Assembly: GCA_041288095.1 (NCBI GenBank)
Contig: JBGGMJ010000021.1
Location: 1-30,715 of the forward strand
Direction of reading: 5' to 3'
Source: Myxococcota bacterium
Lineage (GTDB): Bacteria; Myxococcota; XYA12-FULL-58-9; JALHOP01
DNA: 30,715 bases
Shown: one piece after another, positions 16,345-25,885 of the stretch
Layout of the letters: every line of letters begins with the position of its first letter
How positions within the stretch are numbered: position 1 is the stretch's first letter
Translations under genes and position numbers: made by a program
The notes under the pieces: generated by a model
What the model saw: only the letters and a program-made list of their open reading frames with translations
Databases searched by the model: none
What the model was told of the DNA's origin: nothing

Positions 16345-16766
16345 TCACGATTCGAATCTCCGGCGAGCTTGCCGCGGCCGACGCCGTGACGTTCAACGAA
16401 CGCGCGATGGGCGAGGTGGGACAGGGAGCGCCAACGATGGTGCTGACCGCGCCCTATCAGAGCTTCGCCGAGCGCTTCGCGCCAATCTACGCCGAGGCCA
16501 TCACCGAGCTCGAAACCGACGACCGCGTCACCGGGAAATTTTCACCGCCGTACGCGGGCGCGACGCGTTACCCGAGCCTCGCGGAGCTCTTCGCGTTGGC
16601 CGACTCCGAACGTATGGAGATGATCGGCGCGTTCTTCGCGGTCGACATTCTGCGTCTCTTTCTTCCGGAGACAGCCGCGGGCGCACGTTGGGCCGTACGG
16701 TCCGTCGACAGCGTGGCCAAGAAGGGCGACCTGCTCGAGCTGCGCGGCGTCGTCGAGGAGATCTAA
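16341..16766 (+). CDS. Hypothetical protein (141 aa), candidate cognate immunity protein
   Basis: ATGA overlap with the upstream toxin-like gene. Small, net acidic, no signal peptide and no histidine, so not an RxxxxH HEPN RNase. Confidence 0.7.
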   Translation: MITIRISGELAAADAVTFNERAMGEVGQGAPTMVLTAPYQSFAERFAPIYAEAITELETDDRVTGKFSPPYAGATRYPSLAELFALADSERMEMIGAFFAVDILRLFLPETAAGARWAVRSVDSVAKKGDLLELRGVVEEI

Positions 16767-18112
16767 GGCGCCGGCTCGGTCAAGCGCTCGAGCGCCTGCG
16801 CCAACCGGAAGGCCAGCTCCAGCGCTTGGTCCACGTTGAGTCGCGGGTCGCACAGCGTCTCGTAGCCCCCGCTCGCGAGTTGCTCTTCGGTGATGTCCGC
16901 ATGGCCACCGATGCACTCGACGACGTGCTCACCGGTGAGCTCCAGATGGACGCCCCCGGGCGGAATTGCTTGCTCCGCGCAAACGCCGAGGAAGATCTCG
17001 ACTTCGCGCACGACGTCCTCGAAGTGGCGGGTCTTGAAACCCGACGCGGTCTTGCGGGTGTTGCCGTGCATCGGGTCGCACGACCATATCGCCACCCTGC
17101 CCGCTTTAGCGGTCGCGCGGATGAGCCTCGTCAGGTGGGGCTCGGCCTTGTCGACGCCCATGCGGCCGATGAGCGTGACGCGGCCCGGCTCGTTCTTGGG
17201 GTCGAGGACGTCGAGCAAGCGCAGCAAATCGTCTTCGGCGAGCGAGGGGCCGCACTTCACGCCGATGGGGTTCGCGATGCCGCGCATGAACTCGACGTGC
17301 GCGCCGTCGAGCTGGCGCGTGCGGTCGCCCAGCCAGAGCATGTGTGCCGAGCAGCAATAGTGCTCGTCGGACAGCTCTTCCGCGTGCGTGAGCGCCTCTT
17401 CGTAAGGCAGGAGCAGGGCCTCGTGCGACGTATAGAGCTCGACGTGTTTGGTCTCGTGATGGCCGGCGATGCCCATGGCCTGCATGAAGGCGAGCGACTC
17501 GTCGATGCGGCTGGCGATGGCGTCGTAGCGTGATCCGCTCTTGCCGACGAAGTCGACGTTCCAGGAATGCACCTGGCGCAGGTCGGCGAAGCCGCCGGAG
17601 GACAGCGCGCGCAACATGTTGAGCGTCGAAGCGGACTGGAGGTAGGCGCGCAACATGCGTTGCGGGTCGGGCAGGCGCGCCATCACCTCGAACTCGATGC
17701 CGTTGATGATGTCGCCACGGTAGGCCGGCAGGGTCACGCCATTGCGGGTCTCGACCTCTTCGCTCCGGGGCTTGGCGAACTGCCCGGCGACCCGGCCCAC
17801 CTTCACCACCGGCAGCCGGCCACCGAACGTGAGCACGACGGCCATCTGCAGGAGGACACGTAGGTTATCGCGGATGGTCGCGGTGCCGAACTGATCGAAG
17901 CTCTCGGCGCAGTCTCCGCCTTGCAGCAGGAAAGCCTTGCCACGCGAGACGTTGGCGAGCTTGGCCTTCAACGCGCGCGCTTCGCCCGAGAAGATGACCG
18001 GCGGGTAGCTCGCGAGCTGCGCCAGGACCTTGGTGACCGCGTTGTCGTCCGGATACCGGGGCAGCTGCCGTGCCACTTTGCCGCGCCAACTGCTGGGACT
18101 CCAGCGCGTCAT
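16763..18112 (-). CDS. Class II 3-deoxy-D-arabino-heptulosonate 7-phosphate (DAHP) synthase
   Basis: WSPSSWR start, LLQGGDCAESF, GRVAGQFAKPRS, YRGDIING, YTSHEALLLPYEEALT, WLGDRTRQ, CDPMHGNT, GGVHLELTG, CDPRLN. ATGA overlap with trpA. Confidence 0.96.
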   Translation of the reverse strand: MTRWSPSSWRGKVARQLPRYPDDNAVTKVLAQLASYPPVIFSGEARALKAKLANVSRGKAFLLQGGDCAESFDQFGTATIRDNLRVLLQMAVVLTFGGRLPVVKVGRVAGQFAKPRSEEVETRNGVTLPAYRGDIINGIEFEVMARLPDPQRMLRAYLQSASTLNMLRALSSGGFADLRQVHSWNVDFVGKSGSRYDAIASRIDESLAFMQAMGIAGHHETKHVELYTSHEALLLPYEEALTHAEELSDEHYCCSAHMLWLGDRTRQLDGAHVEFMRGIANPIGVKCGPSLAEDDLLRLLDVLDPKNEPGRVTLIGRMGVDKAEPHLTRLIRATAKAGRVAIWSCDPMHGNTRKTASGFKTRHFEDVVREVEIFLGVCAEQAIPPGGVHLELTGEHVVECIGGHADITEEQLASGGYETLCDPRLNVDQALELAFRLAQALERLTEPAP

Positions 18113-18874
18113 CCTCGGACTCCAGCGACCAGCTCGCGCGTGAGCGCGCGCACCGACTCGAGACGTTCGTCGTCGCTCTTGGCCTTGGCCATGCGGTCGA
18201 CGATGGCGCTGCCGACGATGACGCCGTCGGCGAAACGCGAAACGGCGCGCGCTTGCTCGCCGTTCGAAACACCGAAACCCACCGCGACGGGGATCTTCAC
18301 GGCGCCGCGCACCCGCGCCACTTCTTCGGCGAGTGAGGTCGACAGGTCACGCTGCGCGCCGGTCACGCCGAGTCGCGAAACGTAGTAGACGAAGCCGCGG
18401 GACGCTTCCCCGACGAGCTTCAAGCGCGCCGGCGTCGTGGTCGGCGACGCGAGGAAGATGGTGTCGATGTCTTGAGCGCGCATCGCCGTGATGTGCTCGC
18501 TCGCCTCTTCGGGTGGCAGATCGACCACCAGGACCGCCGACGCACCGGCGGCGCGCATCGCGCGAGCCGCGTTCACGAATCCCATGCGGAAGAGCGGATT
18601 GGCGTACGTGAAGACCACGACGGGGAGCTTGGGGTGCCGGTCGCGAATCTTGCGCAGCACGTCGAGCACTGACTGCAACGACGGACAACTCTTGATGCCG
18701 CGTTCGGCCGCGCCCTGGATGACCGGGCCATCGGCGAGCGGATCGGTGAACGGAACGCCGAGCTCGACGACGTCGGCGCCTTCTTGCACCAGCACGTCCA
18801 CCGTGGCGAGCGTCGCTTCGATGGTCGGATCTCCCGCCATGATGAACGGTACGAAGAAGCGCCGGCCGCCGAGC

Positions 18875-18885
<11 letters not shown>
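18109..18885 (-). CDS. trpA: Tryptophan synthase alpha subunit
   Basis: [53 protein letters not shown]. Start taken as ATG 18885 (MGIELGG), overlapping the end of trpB. Confidence 0.97.
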
Positions 18886-20058
<1,173 letters not shown>

Positions 20059-20062
<4 letters not shown>

Positions 20063-20691
20063 CGCATGCTCCGCAAGGCGGCGAAAAAGGCGCGCATCTT
20101 CTCTTCACTCTTTCGGCCCGGCGCGTCCTCGACGCCGCTCGAGACATCGAGAGCCCAAGGTGTCACCGCCTTCACGGCGTCGACGACGTTGGCGGCTGAG
20201 AGACCACCCGCCAGCACCACCGGACGTGTCCGCGCGAGTGACGCGGCGAGGTGCCAATCGCTCGTCTTGCCCGTGCCACCGTGGCCGTTGTCCGCTTTAG
20301 CGTCTAGAAGCATCGCCTCACAGCCGCTGTAAGCCGCGCTCGCCAACAACCACTCGGCACGCTCGGTAGCGCTCGCCTGACTCACCCGCAACGCCTTCCA
20401 AACGCGGCCGTTCGAGGCCTGGCAATGCTCCGGCGTTTCGTCGCCGTGCAGCTGGGCCACCGAGAGGCCCACCAGGTCGACGACACGGCGCACCTCGAGA
20501 GCATCGGCGTCGACGAACACGCCGACGGGCTCGACGTTGCTCGGGAGCGTCTTCACGATCTGCCGCGCGCGCTCCGGCGTCACGTAGCGCGGGCTCGCGG
20601 CGTGAAAAATGAAGCCCACGTAAGCGGCGCCGCACGCCACCGCCGCATGCGCGTCTTCCTCGCGCGTGATGCCGCAGATCTTCACCTTCAC
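20059..20691 (-). CDS. trpF: Phosphoribosylanthranilate isomerase
   Basis: [48 protein letters not shown]. Confidence 0.97.
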
Positions 20692-21476
20692 GTCTTGGCC
20701 TCGCGACGCAGCTTCTCGAGCGCCTGCCCCGGCTCACCGTCGCGCATGAGCGCCGTCCCGACCAGGAACGCGTGGAAGCCGGCCTTGGCGAGGCGCTTCA
20801 CGTCGGCACCGGTGGCGATGCCGCTCTCGGCCACCAGCAGCGCGCCCTTGGGCGCCTCGGCGGCCAACGCGATGCCGCTCTCGAGCTTCACTTCCATGGT
20901 CTTCAAATTGCGATTGTTGATGCCGATGAGCGGCGCTCCCGCGCGGACGGCGATCTTCATCTCGTCGGCGTCGTGGACCTCGACCAGCGAAGTGAGGCCC
21001 AAGGCCGTGGCTAGCGCCAGGTACTCGTCGATGCTCTCGCCGAGCACCGACACCATGAGCAAGACGCAATCGGCGCCCCAGACACGCGCTTCGAGGAGCT
21101 GCGACAAGTCGACGACGAAGTCCTTCATGAGCAGAGCCGCTTTCGGCAGGCGCTCGCGAATGGCCGTGAGCACCTCGGGCGCGCCGCCAAAATGGTCGGC
21201 CTCGGTGAGCACGGACAACGCCGCGGCGCCGGCCGATGCGTATTGGCGTGCCACCTTCACCGGGTCCGCTTTAGCGTCTATGTCGCCCATGGACGGGCTC
21301 TTGCGCTTGACCTCAGCGATGACCGCCGGCTTGCTCTGCTCGAGCGCGGCGATGAAATCCCACGGCTGGCGAGCCACCATCGCCTGGTCGCGAAGCTTGG
21401 CGAGCGAGGTGGCGCGGCGGCGCTCGGCGAGGCGCTTACGAACATCGTCGAGGATTGTCGAAAGAACCGCGGTCAT
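20688..21476 (-). CDS. trpC: Indole-3-glycerol phosphate synthase
   Basis: VIAEVKRKSPSMG, ALSVLTE..HFGG, LMKDF, LVEVH, IGINNRNL, VAESGI, FLVGTALM. Confidence 0.97.
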   Translation of the reverse strand: MTAVLSTILDDVRKRLAERRRATSLAKLRDQAMVARQPWDFIAALEQSKPAVIAEVKRKSPSMGDIDAKADPVKVARQYASAGAAALSVLTEADHFGGAPEVLTAIRERLPKAALLMKDFVVDLSQLLEARVWGADCVLLMVSVLGESIDEYLALATALGLTSLVEVHDADEMKIAVRAGAPLIGINNRNLKTMEVKLESGIALAAEAPKGALLVAESGIATGADVKRLAKAGFHAFLVGTALMRDGEPGQALEKLRREAKT

Positions 21477-22477
21477 CGGGCAGCCTGCATCCGCTTCAAG
21501 AGCTCACGGGCCTTCCCAGAGTCGATCGCCTCGCGGGCCATGGCAACACCCGTTTTCACGTCCCCGGCTTTCCCGGCTACCTGCAAGGCGGCGCCTGCGT
21601 TGAGCAACACCACGTCCCCCGGCCCGCCCGGATCGCCCTCGAGCACCCGCACCAGGATGGCGGCGTTGTCCTTGGCGTCACCGCCGCGCAGGCTGTCGAT
21701 GCTCGACCGTCCGAGCCCCGCGTCCTCCGGCAGCATCGTCGTACGCTCGACGCCGCTCTTGGAAGCGCGCACCACGGTCGTGGCGCCAGTGACCGACATC
21801 TCGTCGAGGCCGTCGTGACCACGCACCACCCAGGCGTTGTCAGCGCCGAGCTCCACCAAGGCCTCCGCGACCAGCTCGAGCGCGCTATCGCGGAAGACGC
21901 CGATGAGCTGGCGTTTGGCGCCGACTGGATTCAGCAGTGGTCCCAGCATGTTGAAGACGGTGTAGAAACCGAGGTTGCGGCGCACCTGACCGAGCGCCTT
22001 CAGGGTCGGGTGGAAGGCGGGCGCGAACAGGAAGCCCAGGCCGAAGCGATCGATCTGCTGGTCGACACCCCGCGGGTCGGACGCGTAGCCGACGCCCAGC
22101 GCATCGAGCACGTCGAAGCTGCCGCACTTGCTCGAGACCGCGCGGTTGCCGTGCTTGGCGATCGGCTGACCCGCCGCCGCGACGACGAAGGCGACCGTGG
22201 TGGAGACGTTGAACGTACCGAGGCCGTCGCCGCCGGTGCCGCAAACATCGATGCACTCGGGTCGCGGCCGGGCGCTCGCCACCGCGCGCTCGCGCAACGC
22301 CTCGACGAAGCCAACGACCTCGTCGACTGCTTCTCCCCGCAGACGCAAGGCCGCGAGAAACGCACCGATGCGCTCGGTCGGCAAACCTGGCTCCAGCATG
22401 GCGTGCATGACGCCACGCGCCTCGTCGCGCGACAGGACGCCGCCGGCGAGGATCGTCTCGAGTGCCGCCAGCATCAC
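21473..22477 (-). CDS. trpD: Anthranilate phosphoribosyltransferase
   Basis: [57 protein letters not shown]. Start GTG 22477 or ATG 22474. Confidence 0.97.
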   Translation of the reverse strand: MMLAALETILAGGVLSRDEARGVMHAMLEPGLPTERIGAFLAALRLRGEAVDEVVGFVEALRERAVASARPRPECIDVCGTGGDGLGTFNVSTTVAFVVAAAGQPIAKHGNRAVSSKCGSFDVLDALGVGYASDPRGVDQQIDRFGLGFLFAPAFHPTLKALGQVRRNLGFYTVFNMLGPLLNPVGAKRQLIGVFRDSALELVAEALVELGADNAWVVRGHDGLDEMSVTGATTVVRASKSGVERTTMLPEDAGLGRSSIDSLRGGDAKDNAAILVRVLEGDPGGPGDVVLLNAGAALQVAGKAGDVKTGVAMAREAIDSGKARELLKRMQAAR

Positions 22478-23097
22478 GCAGCCTGTCTCCGAAGCCTCTT
22501 AGGGAGGGGTCGCACCGCCGTGCTCTTGGTGGCGTGCGTGTCGAGGAAGCTTTCGATGAGCTTGCGTCCCTCGGGTGTCGCCACCGACTCGGGGTGGAAC
22601 TGTACGCCCTCGACGCGCAACGTCTTGTGACGCACGCCCATGATGACACCATCGTCCGTTTCCGCGGTCACCTCGAGACACTCGGGCAGGCTCGCGCGGT
22701 CGATGACCAGCGAATGATAGCGAGCGGCGACGAAGGGCTGCGGCAAGCCCGCATAGATACCATCACCGCAATGGCGGACCTTCGAAGTCTTGCCGTGGCG
22801 CTGCGCCTTGGCGCGTACGACGGCGCCGCCAAAGGCCTGACCGATCGCTTGATGGCCGAGGCAGACACCCAAGATGGGCGTGGTCGCCGCGAACTTCTCG
22901 ATGAGCTCGAGCGACACCCCGGCTTCGTCGGGGTTGCCGGGTCCGGGCGATATGACGATGACCTCGGGCTTCATCGCCGCGACCTCGTCGGCGGTGATGG
23001 CGTCGTTGCGAACGACCTTGCAGTCGAACCCCAGCGTCTCGATGAGCTGATACACGTTGTAGGTGAAGGAGTCGTAGTTATCGACGAGCAGAATCAT
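22474..23097 (-). CDS. trpG: Anthranilate synthase component II (glutamine amidotransferase)
   Basis: [39 protein letters not shown]. Start ATG 23097. Confidence 0.96.
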   Translation of the reverse strand: MILLVDNYDSFTYNVYQLIETLGFDCKVVRNDAITADEVAAMKPEVIVISPGPGNPDEAGVSLELIEKFAATTPILGVCLGHQAIGQAFGGAVVRAKAQRHGKTSKVRHCGDGIYAGLPQPFVAARYHSLVIDRASLPECLEVTAETDDGVIMGVRHKTLRVEGVQFHPESVATPEGRKLIESFLDTHATKSTAVRPLPKRLRRQAA

Positions 23098-23098
23098 C

Positions 23099-24496
23099 TC
23101 AGGTCTCCAAACGCGCCAGAGCGCGACGTAGAGCACGCGTCTTGTGCTCCACCTCGCGATATTCCTTGTCGGGACTCGAATCGGCGACGATGCCGGCGCC
23201 GGCCTGCAGCACGACGTGATCGGCCGCGACACGGGCGCAGCGGATGGCGATGCACGACTCCAGGGTGCCGTCGTAACCGGCCATGGTGACGACCCCGCCG
23301 TAAACGCCACGGCGCGTTTGCTCGAGCTCGGCGAGCAGTCGCATGGCGCGCACCTTCGGCGCCCCGCTCAGCGTCCCGGCGGGGAAACACGCCGCCAGCG
23401 CGTCGAGTGGGTGGCGCGACGGGTCGAGCTCGCTCACCACCACCGACACCAGGTGAAACAGCTCGGGGTAGACCTTGAGGTCGCGAAAGTCCTTGACCTC
23501 GACGCTACCGGGGAGGCTCACGCGTCCGAGATCGTTGCGCGCGAGGTCGACCAGCATGATGTGCTCGGCGTTCTCCTTGGCGCTCCGCGATAGCTGACGC
23601 TTCATACGCTTGGCGTCGGCGGCATCTGGCCCGCGCGGCCGCGTACCGGCAATCGGATGGGTCTCGAGCTCGCCGTCCTGGGCGCGCACCAGCATCTCGG
23701 GCGATGAGCCGACGAGGATGCCTTCGGTCGTCGGCACGTAGAACTGATAGGGAGAAGGGCTGCCCGCGAGCAGCGCGCTGAACAAAGCGAGAGGCGCATA
23801 TTCGCGGCGCAAGACGAAGCGGTCCGAGAGCACCGCTTGGAAAATGTCGCCGGCGCGAATGTGCTCCTTCAGGGCGCGCACACCCTCGACGAAGCGATCG
23901 TAACCGAGGTCCGCCTCGAAGGCCTCGAGCGGGAGCGGCGTGACCTCGCCTCGCGTGACCGCCGGCCGCGCTTGGGCGGACAGCAACCGGGCGAAAACGG
24001 TGTCGAGCGCGACCTTGGCGCTGCGCTCACCATCCTGCCGCGACTCTTCGTTGGGAAAGTAACCGGCGATGACGTACGCGCGCTGGGCGCGATGATCGAT
24101 GACGACATAGGCGCGATGGAAAGTGACGTCGGCATCGACGCCCGGGTGCGCCATGGTGCCGCTACGCGCGAGCGACGGCTCGACGTGGCGCACGCACTCG
24201 TAACTGAAGCTACCGAGGGCACCGCCCTGGAAGGCCGGCAGCGCCGGATCGAGTGGCGCGGCGCGCTTGACCAGCCGGTCGCGTACCGCGCTGAAGGGAT
24301 TCTCGGCGCCGCTGAAACGGCAGCGCTCGTACGCCATGACGCCCAGGACATCGAGCATCGGCGTCGAGGTTTCGTCGTGGCTCGCGAGTCGCATGAACGA
24401 TGCATCCGGGTCGTCGGCGAACGCGGCGATGAGCGTCTCGGGGGACATCCCGTAGAACGGCAGCTCACGCACCATGCGAATGAAACCGACTTCCAT
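23099..24496 (-). CDS. trpE: Anthranilate synthase component I
   Basis: [75 protein letters not shown]. First gene of the trp operon. Start uncertain (ATG 24496, 24475 or 24520). Confidence 0.93.
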   Translation of the reverse strand: MEVGFIRMVRELPFYGMSPETLIAAFADDPDASFMRLASHDETSTPMLDVLGVMAYERCRFSGAENPFSAVRDRLVKRAAPLDPALPAFQGGALGSFSYECVRHVEPSLARSGTMAHPGVDADVTFHRAYVVIDHRAQRAYVIAGYFPNEESRQDGERSAKVALDTVFARLLSAQARPAVTRGEVTPLPLEAFEADLGYDRFVEGVRALKEHIRAGDIFQAVLSDRFVLRREYAPLALFSALLAGSPSPYQFYVPTTEGILVGSSPEMLVRAQDGELETHPIAGTRPRGPDAADAKRMKRQLSRSAKENAEHIMLVDLARNDLGRVSLPGSVEVKDFRDLKVYPELFHLVSVVVSELDPSRHPLDALAACFPAGTLSGAPKVRAMRLLAELEQTRRGVYGGVVTMAGYDGTLESCIAIRCARVAADHVVLQAGAGIVADSSPDKEYREVEHKTRALRRALARLET

Positions 24497-24524
24497 GACC
24501 CAGGGGTTATCGTCAGTCATCGCG

Positions 24525-24553
24525 TTGACATAAAGTGAATAATTCTCCACGAT
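24525..24553 (+). promoter_or_regulatory. Candidate sigma70 promoter of the LysR gene, overlapped by inverted repeats (possible LysR operator)
   Basis: TTGACA (24525-24530)-N17-CACGAT, 9 nt before ATG 24563. Inverted repeats TCTCCA(24544)...TGGAGA(24564) and TCCA-AA-TGGA (24558-24567). The region is locally AT-rich. Confidence 0.5.
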
Positions 24554-24562
24554 TGGTTCCAA

Positions 24563-25432
24563 ATGGAGACCATTCGCTTACGTCACTTTCGGATGGTGGT
24601 CGAAACCCAAAACCTGCGTCGTGCCGCGGAGTTACTTCGCATCTCCCATAGCGGCCTGTCCAAATCCGTGAAGGCTCTCGAGGCCGAGCTGGGGCTTACT
24701 CTGGTCATGCCGGCGGGCCGGGGCCTCGTGGTCACCGACGACGGCCACCGCGTTTACGCGCGCTCCGAGGAGGTCTTGCGCGCCGTCGACGCTCTTAGCG
24801 GCGCCGAGGTCGCGCCACCGGTCCTGAAGGTGCGCCTCGGGACCTTCGAGGTGTTCACCTCATTTTTCATCGGCGACCTGGTCCGCGAGCACTTCGGCGA
24901 TGCCGAGGTGGAAGTGCACGAGCTCGTGCCCGGCCGACTCGAAGAGGCTCTCTTGGGCTCCCGCATCGACATCGGCATTACCTATGAGCCGGTGCCGCGC
25001 GCCGGTGTCGATTACACCAAGGTCGCGAGCGTGCGCATGGGCACTTTCGTGCGGCATGACGCTTTCGCGGACATGCCCCTCGCGGAGATCCCCTTCGTCG
25101 TTCCGGTGCAGCCGCTGGACGGCACGACGAGCGGTGTCCGCGGAAGCGACGCCTGGCCGGCCGAGCGCTTTCCACGGCGTGACGTTTATCGCGTCGATGT
25201 CCTGACGACAGGCCTCACGCTCGTGCGCCAAGGCCTGTGCGCCGTGTTCATGCCCGAGTTCGTGGCGCGCTTGCACGACGCCACGGTCGATGCGCCCTAC
25301 CGCCTACGTGAGCTGCCGCGGCCCGCCGGCATGCCGGCGGTGAACCGCGACGTCTACATCGTCAAACGTGAGTCGACACCCGAGACGGCGACCATGAAGA
25401 AGATCGCCAGAGCTCTCAGAACTCTCCGCTAG
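24563..25432 (+). CDS. LysR-family transcriptional regulator, divergent from trpE
   Basis: N-terminal wHTH LRHFRMVVETQNLRRAAELLRISHSGLSKSVKALEAELG...T..G; 289 aa; effector domain with IDIGI and LVRQGLCAVFMPEF. Confidence 0.95.
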   Translation: METIRLRHFRMVVETQNLRRAAELLRISHSGLSKSVKALEAELGLTLVMPAGRGLVVTDDGHRVYARSEEVLRAVDALSGAEVAPPVLKVRLGTFEVFTSFFIGDLVREHFGDAEVEVHELVPGRLEEALLGSRIDIGITYEPVPRAGVDYTKVASVRMGTFVRHDAFADMPLAEIPFVVPVQPLDGTTSGVRGSDAWPAERFPRRDVYRVDVLTTGLTLVRQGLCAVFMPEFVARLHDATVDAPYRLRELPRPAGMPAVNRDVYIVKRESTPETATMKKIARALRTLR

Positions 25433-25811
25433 GACCGTTCGCGATCGCCGTGCGCACGCCGCGATTGAAGGCTTCCATGGCGAGGTAGTTGGTAGCGCTA
25501 TTGACCTTGGTCATCGCGTGAGCGACGCCGGGCATGCGCGCCAGGACGACCGGCAACGGCTGCCAGCTCCCGAACAGGATCATGGGTAGCTGCGCGTAGA
25601 ACGCGCCCGTCATGACACCGTAGGTGCCGAGATTTTCGGCGGTGAGCTGCGCCGCTTGCAGGCGAACCTTCGGGTTCACCGACGCGGCATGGCCGAGAAA
25701 CTCGGTCATGATCGCCTTCTTGACCGCGGGCTTGCTGACGCGGGCAATCTCGGAGCTGGAGATGGAGCTGGGCAGCAACTTGCTGCGCAGCGGGAACGGT
25801 TGCGCTTTCAT
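25416..25811 (-). CDS. Hypothetical protein (131 aa) with a hydrophobic central segment
   Basis: AAAGG RBS before the ATG and a sigma28-like promoter upstream; fills the gap between lysR and the aconitase gene; 3' end overlaps lysR by 17 bp. Confidence 0.7.
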   Translation of the reverse strand: MKAQPFPLRSKLLPSSISSSEIARVSKPAVKKAIMTEFLGHAASVNPKVRLQAAQLTAENLGTYGVMTGAFYAQLPMILFGSWQPLPVVLARMPGVAHAMTKVNSATNYLAMEAFNRGVRTAIANGPSGEF

Positions 25812-25844
25812 AAGAGACCTTTGTTTCGAAATTGGACGCGCGAC

Positions 25845-25871
25845 TTATCGGCTCGGTGCGTCATTCGTTTC
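25845..25871 (-). promoter_or_regulatory. sigma28 (FliA/SigD)-type promoter
   Basis: Minus strand GAAA-N15-GCCGATAA versus consensus TAAA-N15-GCCGATAA; intergenic, 33 nt upstream of ATG 25811. Confidence 0.6.
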
Positions 25872-25885
25872 GCAACATTTGTGTG

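Noticed and set aside
15991-16766. MNT-HEPN toxin-antitoxin or CBASS interpretation
   Set aside because: The partner has no histidine or RxxxxH motif; the NTase is a small tail on a large carrier and lacks the size and effector genes expected for a CD-NTase system.
24507-24533. sigma28-like GACGATAA upstream of trpE (minus strand)
   Set aside because: The -35 position reads TTAT, a poor match; not supportable alone.
24497-24562. Possible trp attenuator leader peptide
   Set aside because: Only one TGG codon, in frame with trpE; no separate short ORF or terminator hairpin.
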